Part shown: positions 1 through 9,084 of the stretch, in pieces
How positions within the stretch are numbered: position 1 is the first letter of the stretch
Layout: every line of letters begins with the position of its first letter
DNA from: an uncultured Caldilineaceae bacterium
Lineage (GTDB): Bacteria > Chloroflexota > Anaerolineae > 4572-78 > J111
Length of the DNA: 40,000 nt
Direction: 5' to 3'
Assembly (NCBI GenBank): GCA_964486935.1
Contig: CAZAPG010000007.1
Coordinates: 1-40,000 of the forward strand
Translations under genes and position numbers: made by a program
The notes under the pieces: generated by a model
Told to the model about the DNA's origin: nothing
Databases searched by the model: none
The model's input: only the letters and a program-made list of their open reading frames with translations

Positions 1-1536
1 GACTGGATCAGCGAGAGCTTCCCCGGCCAGTTCCGCAACTGGTTCTACAGCATGCTGGTAATGGGCGGCATTATTGACAAAAGTCCGTCGTTTACCACCA
101 ACTTTGGCTACGCCACCCTGTGGGCCGAAGATGGCCGCCCCATGCACAAAAGCTGGGGCAACAGCATCGAGTTTAACGAAGCCGCCGACAAAATGGGCGT
201 CGATGTGATGCGCTGGATGTACTGCAACCACAAGCCGGAACAAAACCTGCTGTTTGGCTACCACCGCGCCGATGAAGTGCGCCGACAGTTTCTGATTCCG
301 CTCTGGAACGTTTACAACTTTTTTGTGACTTACGCCAAACTCGATGAGTGGGAACCACCAAAGGACGAAGGTCAAAATAGTCATTCGTCATTCGTCACTC
401 GTCATTCGTCAATATTAGATAAATGGATTCTGGCCCGGCTCAACCAGGTGGTGGCCAAAGTGACCACCAACTTTGAAAATTACGACGCCTACACCGCCAC
501 GCTGGCTATTCAGGATTTGCTGGAGGATTTGACTAACTGGTACGTGCGCCGCTCTCGCCGCCGCTTTTGGAAATCTGAGCATGATACCGATAAGGAGGCG
601 GCCTATGCCACCCTGTACCACGTGCTGACCACGCTCATCAAGGTGCTGGCCCCGGTAACGCCCTTTGCCACCGAGGTCATGTACCAGAATCTGGTGCGCG
701 GAGTCGACCCGCGCGCGCCGGAGTCTATCCACCACTGCCAGTGGCCCCAGGCCGACGAGTCGGCCATTGACCAGGCATTATTGGAACAAATGGATTTGGC
801 TCGACGCATCGCCAGTTTGGGGCTGGGCGCGCGCGGCAGCGTTAACATCAAGGTGCGTCAGCCGTTGGGCAAAGCGCTGGTGCATGTGGGTCAGTCTGAC
901 AGCCTGCCCCACGATGGCCTGTCAAAAGAGCTAACCGAGATTGTGGTGGATGAGCTAAATGTAAAGGCGCTGGAATTTGTCAGCGAAGCCAGCGACCTGG
1001 TCAGTTACAAAATACTGCCCAATCTCAAGCTGGTTGGCCCCAAACTGGGCAAACTGGTTCCGGCGGTACGCAGCGCGCTGGAGCAGGCCAACGCCGATGA
1101 AGTTGTGGCCAGGGTGAATAGTGGCGAAAATGTGGTGTTGCAGGTTGACGGCCGGGCGATTGAACTGGCCCCCGATGAAGTGCTGGTGCAAACCGAACCG
1201 GCCGAGGGGCTGGCCGTAGCCGCCGATAAAGTCATCACCGTGGGCGTGGATGTGGTTATTACCGACGAGCTGGCCGCCGAGGGGTTGGCCCGCGAGCTGG
1301 TGCGCCGCATCCAGAATATGCGTAAGGATGCCCAATTTGATATTGCCGACAAAATCAATATCTACTACCAGGCCGAGGGCGCAATTCATCACGTGCTTGA
1401 GGATTGGGAAGATTACATCAAAAACGAAACGCTGGCCGTAGCCATCGAGCACCGGCTCATTCCCGAAGCCGCCTTTCAGCGCAAAGAGCAGGTGGACGGG
1501 CTGGATGTGATGCTGGGTGTGAAGCGGGCGGCGTAA
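1..1536 (+). CDS. ileS: Isoleucyl-tRNA synthetase, C-terminal ~510 aa (5' end lies outside the window)
   Basis: Frame is open from nt 1 (ORF track begins at first ATG, 52). KMSKS-loop variant GRPMHKSWGNSIEF, GVDVMRWMY, LDKWILARL anticodon-binding signature. A strong terminator follows. Confidence 0.9.
   Translation, partial: DWISESFPGQFRNWFYSMLVMGGIIDKSPSFTTNFGYATLWAEDGRPMHKSWGNSIEFNEAADKMGVDVMRWMYCNHKPEQNLLFGYHRADEVRRQFLIPLWNVYNFFVTYAKLDEWEPPKDEGQNSHSSFVTRHSSILDKWILARLNQVVAKVTTNFENYDAYTATLAIQDLLEDLTNWYVRRSRRRFWKSEHDTDKEAAYATLYHVLTTLIKVLAPVTPFATEVMYQNLVRGVDPRAPESIHHCQWPQADESAIDQALLEQMDLARRIASLGLGARGSVNIKVRQPLGKALVHVGQSDSLPHDGLSKELTEIVVDELNVKALEFVSEASDLVSYKILPNLKLVGPKLGKLVPAVRSALEQANADEVVARVNSGENVVLQVDGRAIELAPDEVLVQTEPAEGLAVAADKVITVGVDVVITDELAAEGLARELVRRIQNMRKDAQFDIADKINIYYQAEGAIHHVLEDWEDYIKNETLAVAIEHRLIPEAAFQRKEQVDGLDVMLGVKRAA
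380..411. repeat. Tandem heptanucleotide repeat GTCATTC x4.5 inside ileS
   Basis: Read directly: GTCATTC GTCATTC GTCACTC GTCATTC GTCA. Translated in frame as SHSSFVTRHSS. Confidence 0.85.
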
Positions 1537-1554
1537 TTTTGCTGCTGCTACCCC

Positions 1555-1585
1555 AAAGTCCCCGCCAACAGGTGGGGACTTTTTT
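1555..1585 (+). terminator. Rho-independent terminator of ileS
   Basis: AAAGTCCCCGCC-AACA-GGTGGGGACTTT stem (about 12 bp) followed by a T-run, 19 nt after the stop codon. Confidence 0.7.
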
Positions 1586-1670
1586 ATTATTCAAATTGAA
1601 TTCCAACAAAATCTTAACAACTTCTGAACATCTTTTTGTTAGGCTATCAACCAACAGAGAGAGGTAAGGG

Positions 1671-2498
1671 ATGAACTCAAAAGATTGGCTGCGCATTACA
1701 AGTGTGGCGATAGTTATGCTAACTTTTTTTGGGCTACCCGTGTTTATAGCCCCCAATGTGTCACCCCTGAATGTGGAGGGCCATACCCACGCCGGATACG
1801 CAAACGCCATCCCATCCGAAACAACGCCCCCGCTGCCCGCCCAAATAACTTACACGCTGGATTGGGACTGGGGCAAAGCTTCGCCAGGCGGCGCCGGCTG
1901 GCGCGTCACCAACAACCTGGGTTATCACATCCGGGTTGAGCAGGGATATCTGGTCACCCGCAGCGTAGAGTTGATTGCATGTGAACTTGACCACTCTCTT
2001 TCTCAAATAATATTCGACGCGCTGCCGCAACCGGCCTATGCCGGCCACGGCGTTACCGGGCACGACCTGTCCAGAATTAGCGTTCCCCAGGTTGAGTCTC
2101 TAACAGCACCCACAGCGGTAACGGTTGTGTCCACTTTTGGCAGCGAGCCGGCCTATTGCCAGGCTCACTATCTGCTGGCGCCGGCCATTGAAACCGCATC
2201 CAATTTACCCGGCCAGACAGACATGCTGGACGTCACCCTTTTTATCCGGGGAACATACACCGCTCCTACCGGCCACCCGCCCACGCCGTTTACCATCACT
2301 ACCCAACTGGCCTGGGGCGCGCTGGTAGATTTGCCCCAGGCAGTGCCGACACCCCGGCAAGCGACGCAAATTACCATCCGGCGCAATTTGGGTTCAATGT
2401 TCGATAATCTGGATTTTAGCCGGATGTCTGAGGCTGAGCAGGCCCAAACAATCCTGCGGTCGCTGGTCGCGTCAACGCAGATAGAAGTTTTGCCCTGA
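1671..2498 (+). CDS. Hypothetical exported or membrane-anchored protein (275 aa)
   Basis: N-terminal hydrophobic segment ITSVAIVMLTFFGLPVFIA. His motifs EGHTHAGY and AGHGVTGHD. No family recognised. Confidence 0.6.
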   Translation: MNSKDWLRITSVAIVMLTFFGLPVFIAPNVSPLNVEGHTHAGYANAIPSETTPPLPAQITYTLDWDWGKASPGGAGWRVTNNLGYHIRVEQGYLVTRSVELIACELDHSLSQIIFDALPQPAYAGHGVTGHDLSRISVPQVESLTAPTAVTVVSTFGSEPAYCQAHYLLAPAIETASNLPGQTDMLDVTLFIRGTYTAPTGHPPTPFTITTQLAWGALVDLPQAVPTPRQATQITIRRNLGSMFDNLDFSRMSEAEQAQTILRSLVASTQIEVLP

Positions 2499-2519
2499 CA
2501 TTTTTTGCAAGGAGGCCCG

Positions 2520-2732
2520 ATGAATCCGTTAACGTCCCATAATTCTCCCCATTGGCTGACGGTATGTATGGGGTGCAACAAAGCCCGAAACAAGCAGGGC
2601 GCCTGGGAGCAGGTAGATTTAACAAAGTTTGCCAAAATAAAGCTTGAAATCTCGCACGGAATCTGCCCCGATTGCGGCCCCAAACTATTCCCCAATTTCT
2701 GGCGCTCAGAGTCTGAGCATCAAATTTTATAA
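2520..2732 (+). CDS. Small zinc-ribbon-like protein (70 aa)
   Basis: AGGAGG lies 6 nt upstream of ATG 2520. Two CxxC pairs (CMGC ... CPDC). The longer antisense ORF 2168..2695 has no such support. Confidence 0.55.
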   Translation: MNPLTSHNSPHWLTVCMGCNKARNKQGAWEQVDLTKFAKIKLEISHGICPDCGPKLFPNFWRSESEHQIL

Positions 2733-2750
2733 TTCAAATGGAGGATTGTA

Positions 2751-3953
2751 ATGCACTTATTGAAAGCAAGCCTGGTTTTTATCGCCCTGGTTATAATTAT
2801 TGGCTGCGCCGGGCCACCACCCCCACCTCCCCCGCCCGCCGAACAACCCCAACACGCCCAGGCCAAAGCGCCCGTTAGCAACCGACCGGCCGCCGAGTCT
2901 GCCCCCGGCCAAACCGGCAACGTAGCCCCGGCTCTCAACCTGGAAACCGGAGCCGAACCAGTAGCAGAAACTGCCCCGGAAAGCGGGGGCGAACCGGCTG
3001 CGGCAGAAGCCATGGCCAACGCGCCTGGCGATTGTCCGGCAGCTCACTTTTTAAGCGTTCAGGCCCATCCCGCTAATGGGGCTTACCCGGCCCCGCAACT
3101 GAGCGCCACCTGTACCGGCAGCACCCTGGTAGTGCAATCAAACGGCATCCCAAATTTTGAGTTTGTGCAGATTACCCCCAATCGTTTGCAGGCCCAAAAT
3201 TACAACTGGGAGATTCCGCTCAACCCCCGGCCGGCGGCTCAACCCGGCGATATTCCGGCCCTGGGCGCGGTGGCAGTAGCCGTTAACGGCATCCCCATTT
3301 TTGGCCCCAACGAAGCCCCCCAGGATGACTGGGGCGACCCCTATCTGGATGGTCTGCTTGATTACTGCAATGGACACACCGCCCAGCAGGGTATCTATCA
3401 CTTCCATACCCGGCCCGACTGCATTTTTGCCAATATCGAGGGCCAGGTGGGGCTGGTGATTGGCTACGCCTTTGACGGCTACCCCATTCTGGCCCCTTAC
3501 ATTTGCCAAACCGAAGATTGCAGCCAAACCCAAAAAGTAACCAGCAGTTGGCAGCGCACTCAGGATGTCCGCAACGCCTGGGAAGCCCACCAATATGTGG
3601 CCGGCTCCGGCAATTTGGACCGCTGCAACGGAATGGAAATGGCCGACGGTAGTTACGCCTATTTTGCTACCGATACCTTCCCTTATTTTTTGGCCTGCTA
3701 CCACGGGGTAGCCAATGTGTCAAACCAGCTGCCCGGCAGCGGGCCGCCCCAGGGCGAAAATGCAAATCAGGGCGGCGCACCCCAAAACCAGAACCAGGGC
3801 TTCGCGCCCAACCTGGCCGCTGCCGCCGTCCGGCTGGGCGTCAGCGAACAGGCCCTGCGCGAAGCCCTTGGCCCACCGCCGCCGGATATGGCCGCCGCGG
3901 CTGCCCGACTGGGGGTTAGCGAGCAGGCTTTACAGCAGGCCCTTCAGCCCTGA
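2751..3953 (+). CDS. YHYH-domain lipoprotein
   Basis: Lipoprotein signal MHLLKASLVFIALVIIIGC followed by P8. CNGHTAQQGIYHFHTRPDC and DRCNG..YAYF match the YHYH-domain signature. C-terminal tandem RLGVSEQAL motif. Confidence 0.8.
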   Translation: MHLLKASLVFIALVIIIGCAGPPPPPPPPAEQPQHAQAKAPVSNRPAAESAPGQTGNVAPALNLETGAEPVAETAPESGGEPAAAEAMANAPGDCPAAHFLSVQAHPANGAYPAPQLSATCTGSTLVVQSNGIPNFEFVQITPNRLQAQNYNWEIPLNPRPAAQPGDIPALGAVAVAVNGIPIFGPNEAPQDDWGDPYLDGLLDYCNGHTAQQGIYHFHTRPDCIFANIEGQVGLVIGYAFDGYPILAPYICQTEDCSQTQKVTSSWQRTQDVRNAWEAHQYVAGSGNLDRCNGMEMADGSYAYFATDTFPYFLACYHGVANVSNQLPGSGPPQGENANQGGAPQNQNQGFAPNLAAAAVRLGVSEQALREALGPPPPDMAAAAARLGVSEQALQQALQP

Positions 3954-3967
3954 TGATAGTACCATTT

Positions 3968-3989
3968 ACCCTGCTTTCAGAGGGTTTTT
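3968..3989 (+). terminator. Possible weak terminator after the YHYH gene
   Basis: ACCCT-gctttcag-AGGGT followed by TTTT. The stem is only 5 bp. Confidence 0.35.
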
Positions 3990-4124
3990 GGGCCTTGTTA
4001 AAGGATGCGTCTTTATAATATACTGTACAAAGGTTGCCACGCTAAAAATCTCAACCGATGCCCCGGTGTGGTGCCGGGGCATCAGCTCTATTTTACCCCC
4101 AACAATCGTTTTGGAGCTCGCGCC

Positions 4125-5582
4125 ATGGAAAATCTCACAGGTAAACAATTTGGGGCATATCGCATTGTTGCGCCGTTGGGCGAAGGCGGCATGGCTGCTG
4201 TGTACAAGGCCTTTCAACCCGGCATCGACCGCTACGTTGCGATTAAGGTGCTGCCGCGACACCTTGCCAACGACCCTCAATTTATTGGCCGCTTTGAGCA
4301 AGAAGCAAAGGTGCTGGCCAAACTACAACACCCTCATATTTTGCCCATTCACGATTATGGCGAGGCCGAAGGATTTACCTATATTGTCATGCCTTTGATT
4401 GATGGGGGGGATTTAACCGACCTGCTCCAGCGCAAGCAGTTCACCCCGGCAGAAATTGAACAGGTCATTTCTCAGGTGGGCGACGCCCTGGATTACGCCC
4501 ACTCCCTGGGCGTGGTTCACCGGGATATCAAACCGAGCAACATTCTGGTAGACCATCGCGGCAATTGCCTGCTGACCGATTTTGGCATTGCCAAACTTGT
4601 CGAAGGCGCTGCATCAGACAAATTGACCGCTACCGGCCACGTGGTTGGCACCCCCTCTTATATGTCGCCAGAGCAGGGCTACGGTAAACCGCTGGATAGC
4701 CGCAGCGATATCTACTCTCTGGGAGTCATTTTATATGAGATGGCCACCGGCCGGGTACCCTTTAGGGCAGAAACGCCCATGGCAGTGGTCATCAAACATA
4801 TGAACGCCCCCCTGCCCCCGCCGCGCGAATTTAACCCCAACCTGCCCAACGGCCTTGAACGGGTCATTCTCAAAGCAATGGCTAAAAACCCCAACGACCG
4901 CTACCCCACCGCCGGCGAGATGGTAACCGCCTTGCGCCACACCCTTCAGCAGGGTAGCCAGGCGCCGGTAGCAGCCGCTATACCCAATGACCCCGGCCTG
5001 ACTTCGTTGAGCCAAACCGGACCGGTCGCCCAACCTGCGGCTCAAACTGTCAAACTTTCCGCATCAACCCGCAATCGCATCTCCCTTTGGCTGGTTGTGG
5101 GCGTGCCGCTGGTAATTATTTTGTTACTGGCCATTCTGCTTGGCCTCTGGTTTTTAAGCCGTCCTGGCCCTATTCCGGCCGCTCCGCCACCACCCCCGCC
5201 ACCGGCGCAACCCGCCCAGGAGCAGCCGGCCTTACAGCTTCCTCCACCGCCAACGCCTAGCCGCCAGCCACAAGCCACGGCCACAAGAGTAGTACCAGAG
5301 CAATCCCCCACCCTGGAACAACAACAGCCCCCGCCTGAACCGCAACAGACACCCTTGCAGCAGCAGCAACCGCCGCCCCAACCACAACAACCCTCGAGGC
5401 AGCAGCCACCGCCACCCCCAGGCGACGGGCCGCCGCCAGAGGCTATTCAGGCTTGCGCTGGGCAAAGCCAGGGGGCTGCCTGCCGATTTACGGCTCCTCA
5501 CGGCCCGGTAACCGGCAGTTGTATGCTCATTCGGCAACAACTGGCCTGCGTTCCGCCGGGAGGGCCGCCCCCGCAACCGTAG
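4125..5582 (+). CDS. Hanks-type Ser/Thr protein kinase with one TM helix, a Pro/Gln-rich linker and a 4-Cys C-terminal ectodomain
   Basis: GEGGMAAVYKA..AIK, HRDIKPSNIL, DFGIAK, SYMSPEQ. TM segment LWLVVGVPLVIILLLAILLGLWFL. Start moved to ATG 4125 (GGAG 8 nt upstream; the kinase domain begins there). Confidence 0.9.
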   Translation: MENLTGKQFGAYRIVAPLGEGGMAAVYKAFQPGIDRYVAIKVLPRHLANDPQFIGRFEQEAKVLAKLQHPHILPIHDYGEAEGFTYIVMPLIDGGDLTDLLQRKQFTPAEIEQVISQVGDALDYAHSLGVVHRDIKPSNILVDHRGNCLLTDFGIAKLVEGAASDKLTATGHVVGTPSYMSPEQGYGKPLDSRSDIYSLGVILYEMATGRVPFRAETPMAVVIKHMNAPLPPPREFNPNLPNGLERVILKAMAKNPNDRYPTAGEMVTALRHTLQQGSQAPVAAAIPNDPGLTSLSQTGPVAQPAAQTVKLSASTRNRISLWLVVGVPLVIILLLAILLGLWFLSRPGPIPAAPPPPPPPAQPAQEQPALQLPPPPTPSRQPQATATRVVPEQSPTLEQQQPPPEPQQTPLQQQQPPPQPQQPSRQQPPPPPGDGPPPEAIQACAGQSQGAACRFTAPHGPVTGSCMLIRQQLACVPPGGPPPQP

Positions 5583-5612
5583 GGGCGTTGATTTAAAAAC
5601 GGAACAAACATT

Positions 5613-6305
5613 ATGTCTAACACCATTCTGGTTGTCGATGATAAAAAAAGCATGCGGGCGCTGGTGAGAGATTATCTAACCCAGGAAGGTTTCAAAGTGG
5701 TTACGGCTGAAAACGGGCGCGAAGCCCTGTTTGTGGCCCGCCGTGAAAAACCCAATTTAATTCTGCTGGATATCATGATGCCTGAAATGGGCGGCTACGA
5801 TTTTATGCGCCTCTACAGCAAAGAAAGCGACACGCCCATTATTCTGTTGACAGCCAAAGTGGAGGAGTCTGACAAGGTGCTAGGGCTGGAGTTGGGCGCC
5901 GACGACTACATCACCAAACCCTTTAGCATGCGCGAGCTAACTGCTCGCGTTCGGGCCGTGCTGCGCCGGCTGCAAAAACAGGGAAGAGCGGCAGAGGTTA
6001 TTCGCGCTGCCGATATGACGCTGGATAAAAGCAGCCGCCTGGTGCAGCGCGGCAGCCAGACATTCAATCTGACCCCTTCTGAATTTGACCTGCTGGCGCT
6101 GCTGATGGCTTCGCCGGGGCGGGCCTTTTCTCGCGTCGAGTTGCTCGACCGATTGCAGGGCGCCGGCTTTGAGGGTGTCGAACGCACCATTGATGTCCAC
6201 ATCAGAAATCTGCGCGCCAAAATTGAACCCAATCCCGGCTCACCCCAATACATTGAAACCGTCTTTGGGATTGGCTATCGCTTTAGGGCCGACTGGCTGG
6301 CCTGA
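5613..6305 (+). CDS. OmpR/PhoB-family response regulator
   Basis: Receiver domain (VVDDKKSMR, LLDIMMPEMGG, LTAK) plus winged-helix domain (IDVHIRNLRAKIE, GIGYRF). Confidence 0.9.
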   Translation: MSNTILVVDDKKSMRALVRDYLTQEGFKVVTAENGREALFVARREKPNLILLDIMMPEMGGYDFMRLYSKESDTPIILLTAKVEESDKVLGLELGADDYITKPFSMRELTARVRAVLRRLQKQGRAAEVIRAADMTLDKSSRLVQRGSQTFNLTPSEFDLLALLMASPGRAFSRVELLDRLQGAGFEGVERTIDVHIRNLRAKIEPNPGSPQYIETVFGIGYRFRADWLA

Positions 6306-6316
6306 AAGCTGCTGAC

Positions 6317-7729
6317 ATGTTGCATCGCTCGCTGACTTTGAAGTTGTTAGGGGCTTTTTTGGTTGTTAGCCTCATCGGCATTGTGGGAGTGGCGCTGCTG
6401 GCCGGCAGAATTACCGTCAGGGCATTTGACCGTTATTTTCTTGAGCAAGCCCGCCAGAACTTTATGGCCACAACCACCAATTATTACCGGCAAACCGGCT
6501 CGTGGCAGGGGCTAAATGAATTTCTGCGCCAACAGAACCGGCAACCGCCGCCACGGCCCCAGGCTGGCGCTTCCTCACCCCCGCCGGTAAAACCCCCGCC
6601 TTTTATATTGGCCGACCAAAATGGGCAGGTGGTGGTGCCTGGAATAGCCTACCGCCCCGGCGACCGCCTGCCGGAGACCTTGTTGGCCCGTGGCACGCCG
6701 CTTGAAATTGACGGCAGAGTGGTTGGCGCCATCCTGGACCCGGATGAGAACCTCGTCCGCAACCCGGCTGAGGCAGAATTTTTGGCGCGAATAAACCGTA
6801 CCCTGCTGTATGCCGCCCTTGGAGCCGCCGCTATTGCCCTGTTGCTGGGCATTCTTTTGGCCCGCGCGTTGACCCGCCCCCTGCGAGAGCTAACCGCCGC
6901 CACCCAGGCCATGGCCCAGGGCCATTTGCAACAATCGGTGCCGGTGCGCTCGGAAGATGAGTTGGGGCAACTGGCCGCCGCCTTCAACCAGATGAGCGAC
7001 GACCTGGCTCGCGCCAACCAACTGCGCCGCCAGATGACCGCCGATATTGCCCACGATTTGCGCAGCCCGCTGGCGGTAATTGCCGGCTACATCGAATCGC
7101 TGCGCGATGGCGTTTTGCAGCCAAACCCGGAAATGTTTGACACCCTGCACACCGAGGCCCAGCATTTACAACATCTGGTTGAAGATTTGCGCACCCTCTC
7201 GCTGGCCGACGCCAATGAATTACCCTTGCAGCGACAGCCGGTGCGGGTGGTCAATTTGCTAAACCGGCCGGCGCTGGCCTACCGGACCCAGGCCGAACAA
7301 CAGCAGATAACCCTGCAAGTTGAGGCCAACGATTCTTGGCCAGAAATCAACATTGACCCGGAACGGATGGCGCAAGTTTTGAGTAATCTGGTGAGTAACG
7401 CCTTGCGGTACACGCCGGCCGGTGGAAAAATCACCTTATCGGCCCAAACCCAGAATGGAGCAGTAACACTAATGGTGCAGGATACCGGCAGCGGCATCCA
7501 CCCCCAAGACTTGCCCCACATTTTTGACCGATTTTACCGGGCCGACACGTCGCGCCAGCAAAATGAGGGGGAGTCGGGGTTGGGGTTGGCCATTGCCAGG
7601 GCTATTGTGCAAGCGCATGGGGGAGAAATATTTGTAGAAAGCGAAGTAAATTGGGGGACAACCTTTAAGGTTGTGCTGCCGCTAACCGCAGTGACACCCA
7701 CCAATCACAGCAGCAGCGAAAAGGCGTGA
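6317..7729 (+). CDS. Sensor histidine kinase (TM-periplasmic-TM-HAMP-HisKA-HATPase)
   Basis: H-box IAHDLRSPLAVI, N-box LSNLVSNALRYTP, G-boxes QDTGSGI and GLGLAIA. Lies 11 nt after the response-regulator gene. Confidence 0.9.
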   Translation: MLHRSLTLKLLGAFLVVSLIGIVGVALLAGRITVRAFDRYFLEQARQNFMATTTNYYRQTGSWQGLNEFLRQQNRQPPPRPQAGASSPPPVKPPPFILADQNGQVVVPGIAYRPGDRLPETLLARGTPLEIDGRVVGAILDPDENLVRNPAEAEFLARINRTLLYAALGAAAIALLLGILLARALTRPLRELTAATQAMAQGHLQQSVPVRSEDELGQLAAAFNQMSDDLARANQLRRQMTADIAHDLRSPLAVIAGYIESLRDGVLQPNPEMFDTLHTEAQHLQHLVEDLRTLSLADANELPLQRQPVRVVNLLNRPALAYRTQAEQQQITLQVEANDSWPEINIDPERMAQVLSNLVSNALRYTPAGGKITLSAQTQNGAVTLMVQDTGSGIHPQDLPHIFDRFYRADTSRQQNEGESGLGLAIARAIVQAHGGEIFVESEVNWGTTFKVVLPLTAVTPTNHSSSEKA

Positions 7730-8982
7730 ATCGCAAAACCAACCAGCCCGCCAACCAGCGTGCCATTGATGCGGATAAACTGCAAATCTTTGCCTACCTG
7801 AACTTCTATTTTGCGGGCCGCATCCTGTCCATCCCATTTGTTGATGGTGTGGGCAATCAAATATTCCACTTCGTGGCCGTATTTTTCAATCAGGTAAAGC
7901 AGCACTTCTTCCACCCAGTGGTCAATTTTTTCCAGCAGGGATTGGTCATGTTGGGCCGTTTGCCCAAACCTGACCAGCCCCTCTTGAATAGAGTGGCGAA
8001 TATTGGCGTTGGCCTCTGAGGCGTGGCTCATGAGCGAGGCTTTAATATCGGCCCACAGCGAAGATGAAAACTCGCGGACCACCGGCTGCTGCAACAATTC
8101 TTCTTTTAGCGCCGCTTCTCTGGCCAGCATCTCCGGCGAGTTCTTTAAATCTTCTACAAAACGGTCTATGGTAAAGCTGAAATTTCTGTGCAGCGGGTGG
8201 TCGGGATTGGCGTTTACCTCTTGGAGGGTGTCGTCAACCGCATCGACAATTTTTTGATAAATTTTGTTGTCGATGTTGCGCGGCAGCCACCAGGGAGTCT
8301 CCTGGTTGATTTTTTGTTTGATGATGATTTTGTTCTCTCGGATAAATTGCCCGCCCGTTTTGACCGACATGGAGAGGAGTTCCTGTTTGCGGTTGCCCGA
8401 TAGCACCAGCGATAGCAAATTGCCCAGCAGCGGCGCAAAGCGCATGGTGCGAATTTGGGCAGCCATGCTTCGCTCTATCAGCGCCTGAACATCCTCATCT
8501 TTCATTACCTGCACGGCGGCGGCCAGCCCTTCGGCCAGGTGTTTGGCAATCAATTGGCTGTTCTGGGGCCGGCTCAACCAGACGGCCACCCGTTTGGTAA
8601 TTTCCAGCGTTTGCAATCGCTCGGAAATAACATCTCTGGACAAAAAGTTGTCTCTAATAAACAGCCCCAACTGGCGGCCAATTTCTTCTTTGCGGTTGGG
8701 CACAATGGCTGTGTGCGGAATTTTCAGCCCCAGCGGATGTCGAAACAGAGCCGTAACGGCAAACCAGTCGGCCAGCGCCCCGACCATGGCCGCCTCGGCC
8801 GTGGCCCGCACAAAACCTATCCACACGGCCCTACCCTCAAATATCGAAGCGACCACAAAAATAATAAAGGCCGCCACCAGCAGCGAGGTAGCAATAAATT
8901 TCATCCGGCCAAGTTCGGCCACCTTGTGGGGATTCTCAAGCAGGGGCTGCTCTGTTTGTAAATTTACGCCCGAAAGTTGCAT
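7705..8982 (-). CDS. DUF445-type membrane protein
   Basis: GALADWFAVTALFRHPLGLKIPHTAIVPNRK signature. Hydrophobic N- and C-terminal segments. Confidence 0.7.
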   Translation of the reverse strand: MQLSGVNLQTEQPLLENPHKVAELGRMKFIATSLLVAAFIIFVVASIFEGRAVWIGFVRATAEAAMVGALADWFAVTALFRHPLGLKIPHTAIVPNRKEEIGRQLGLFIRDNFLSRDVISERLQTLEITKRVAVWLSRPQNSQLIAKHLAEGLAAAVQVMKDEDVQALIERSMAAQIRTMRFAPLLGNLLSLVLSGNRKQELLSMSVKTGGQFIRENKIIIKQKINQETPWWLPRNIDNKIYQKIVDAVDDTLQEVNANPDHPLHRNFSFTIDRFVEDLKNSPEMLAREAALKEELLQQPVVREFSSSLWADIKASLMSHASEANANIRHSIQEGLVRFGQTAQHDQSLLEKIDHWVEEVLLYLIEKYGHEVEYLIAHTINKWDGQDAARKIEVQVGKDLQFIRINGTLVGGLVGFAIHAFSLLL

Positions 8983-9084
8983 TGGTTACACCTGCCAGTT
9001 TTATTACTAACATTTTATCAGCAAGCTGTAAGGGATACAAACCTTTTTGGGGCGCAATTAACGGAGGATTGCGAACCGTACCGG

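Noticed and set aside
4005-4124. Upstream extension of the kinase ORF (track start 4005)
   Set aside because: The extension would encode MRLYNILYKGCHAKNL... across an AT-rich region and a perfect hairpin. ATG 4125 has an RBS and coincides with the start of the kinase domain.
3715-4398. 227-aa plus-strand ORF spanning the YHYH 3' end, the intergenic region and the kinase 5' end
   Set aside because: It is out of frame with two motif-supported genes and crosses an intergenic hairpin. It is not credible as coding sequence.
5150-5450. Apparent DNA repeats (CCG/CCA/CAG-rich)
   Set aside because: This is coding low complexity for the Pro/Gln-rich extracellular linker of the kinase. It is not a discrete repeat element or a CRISPR-like array.
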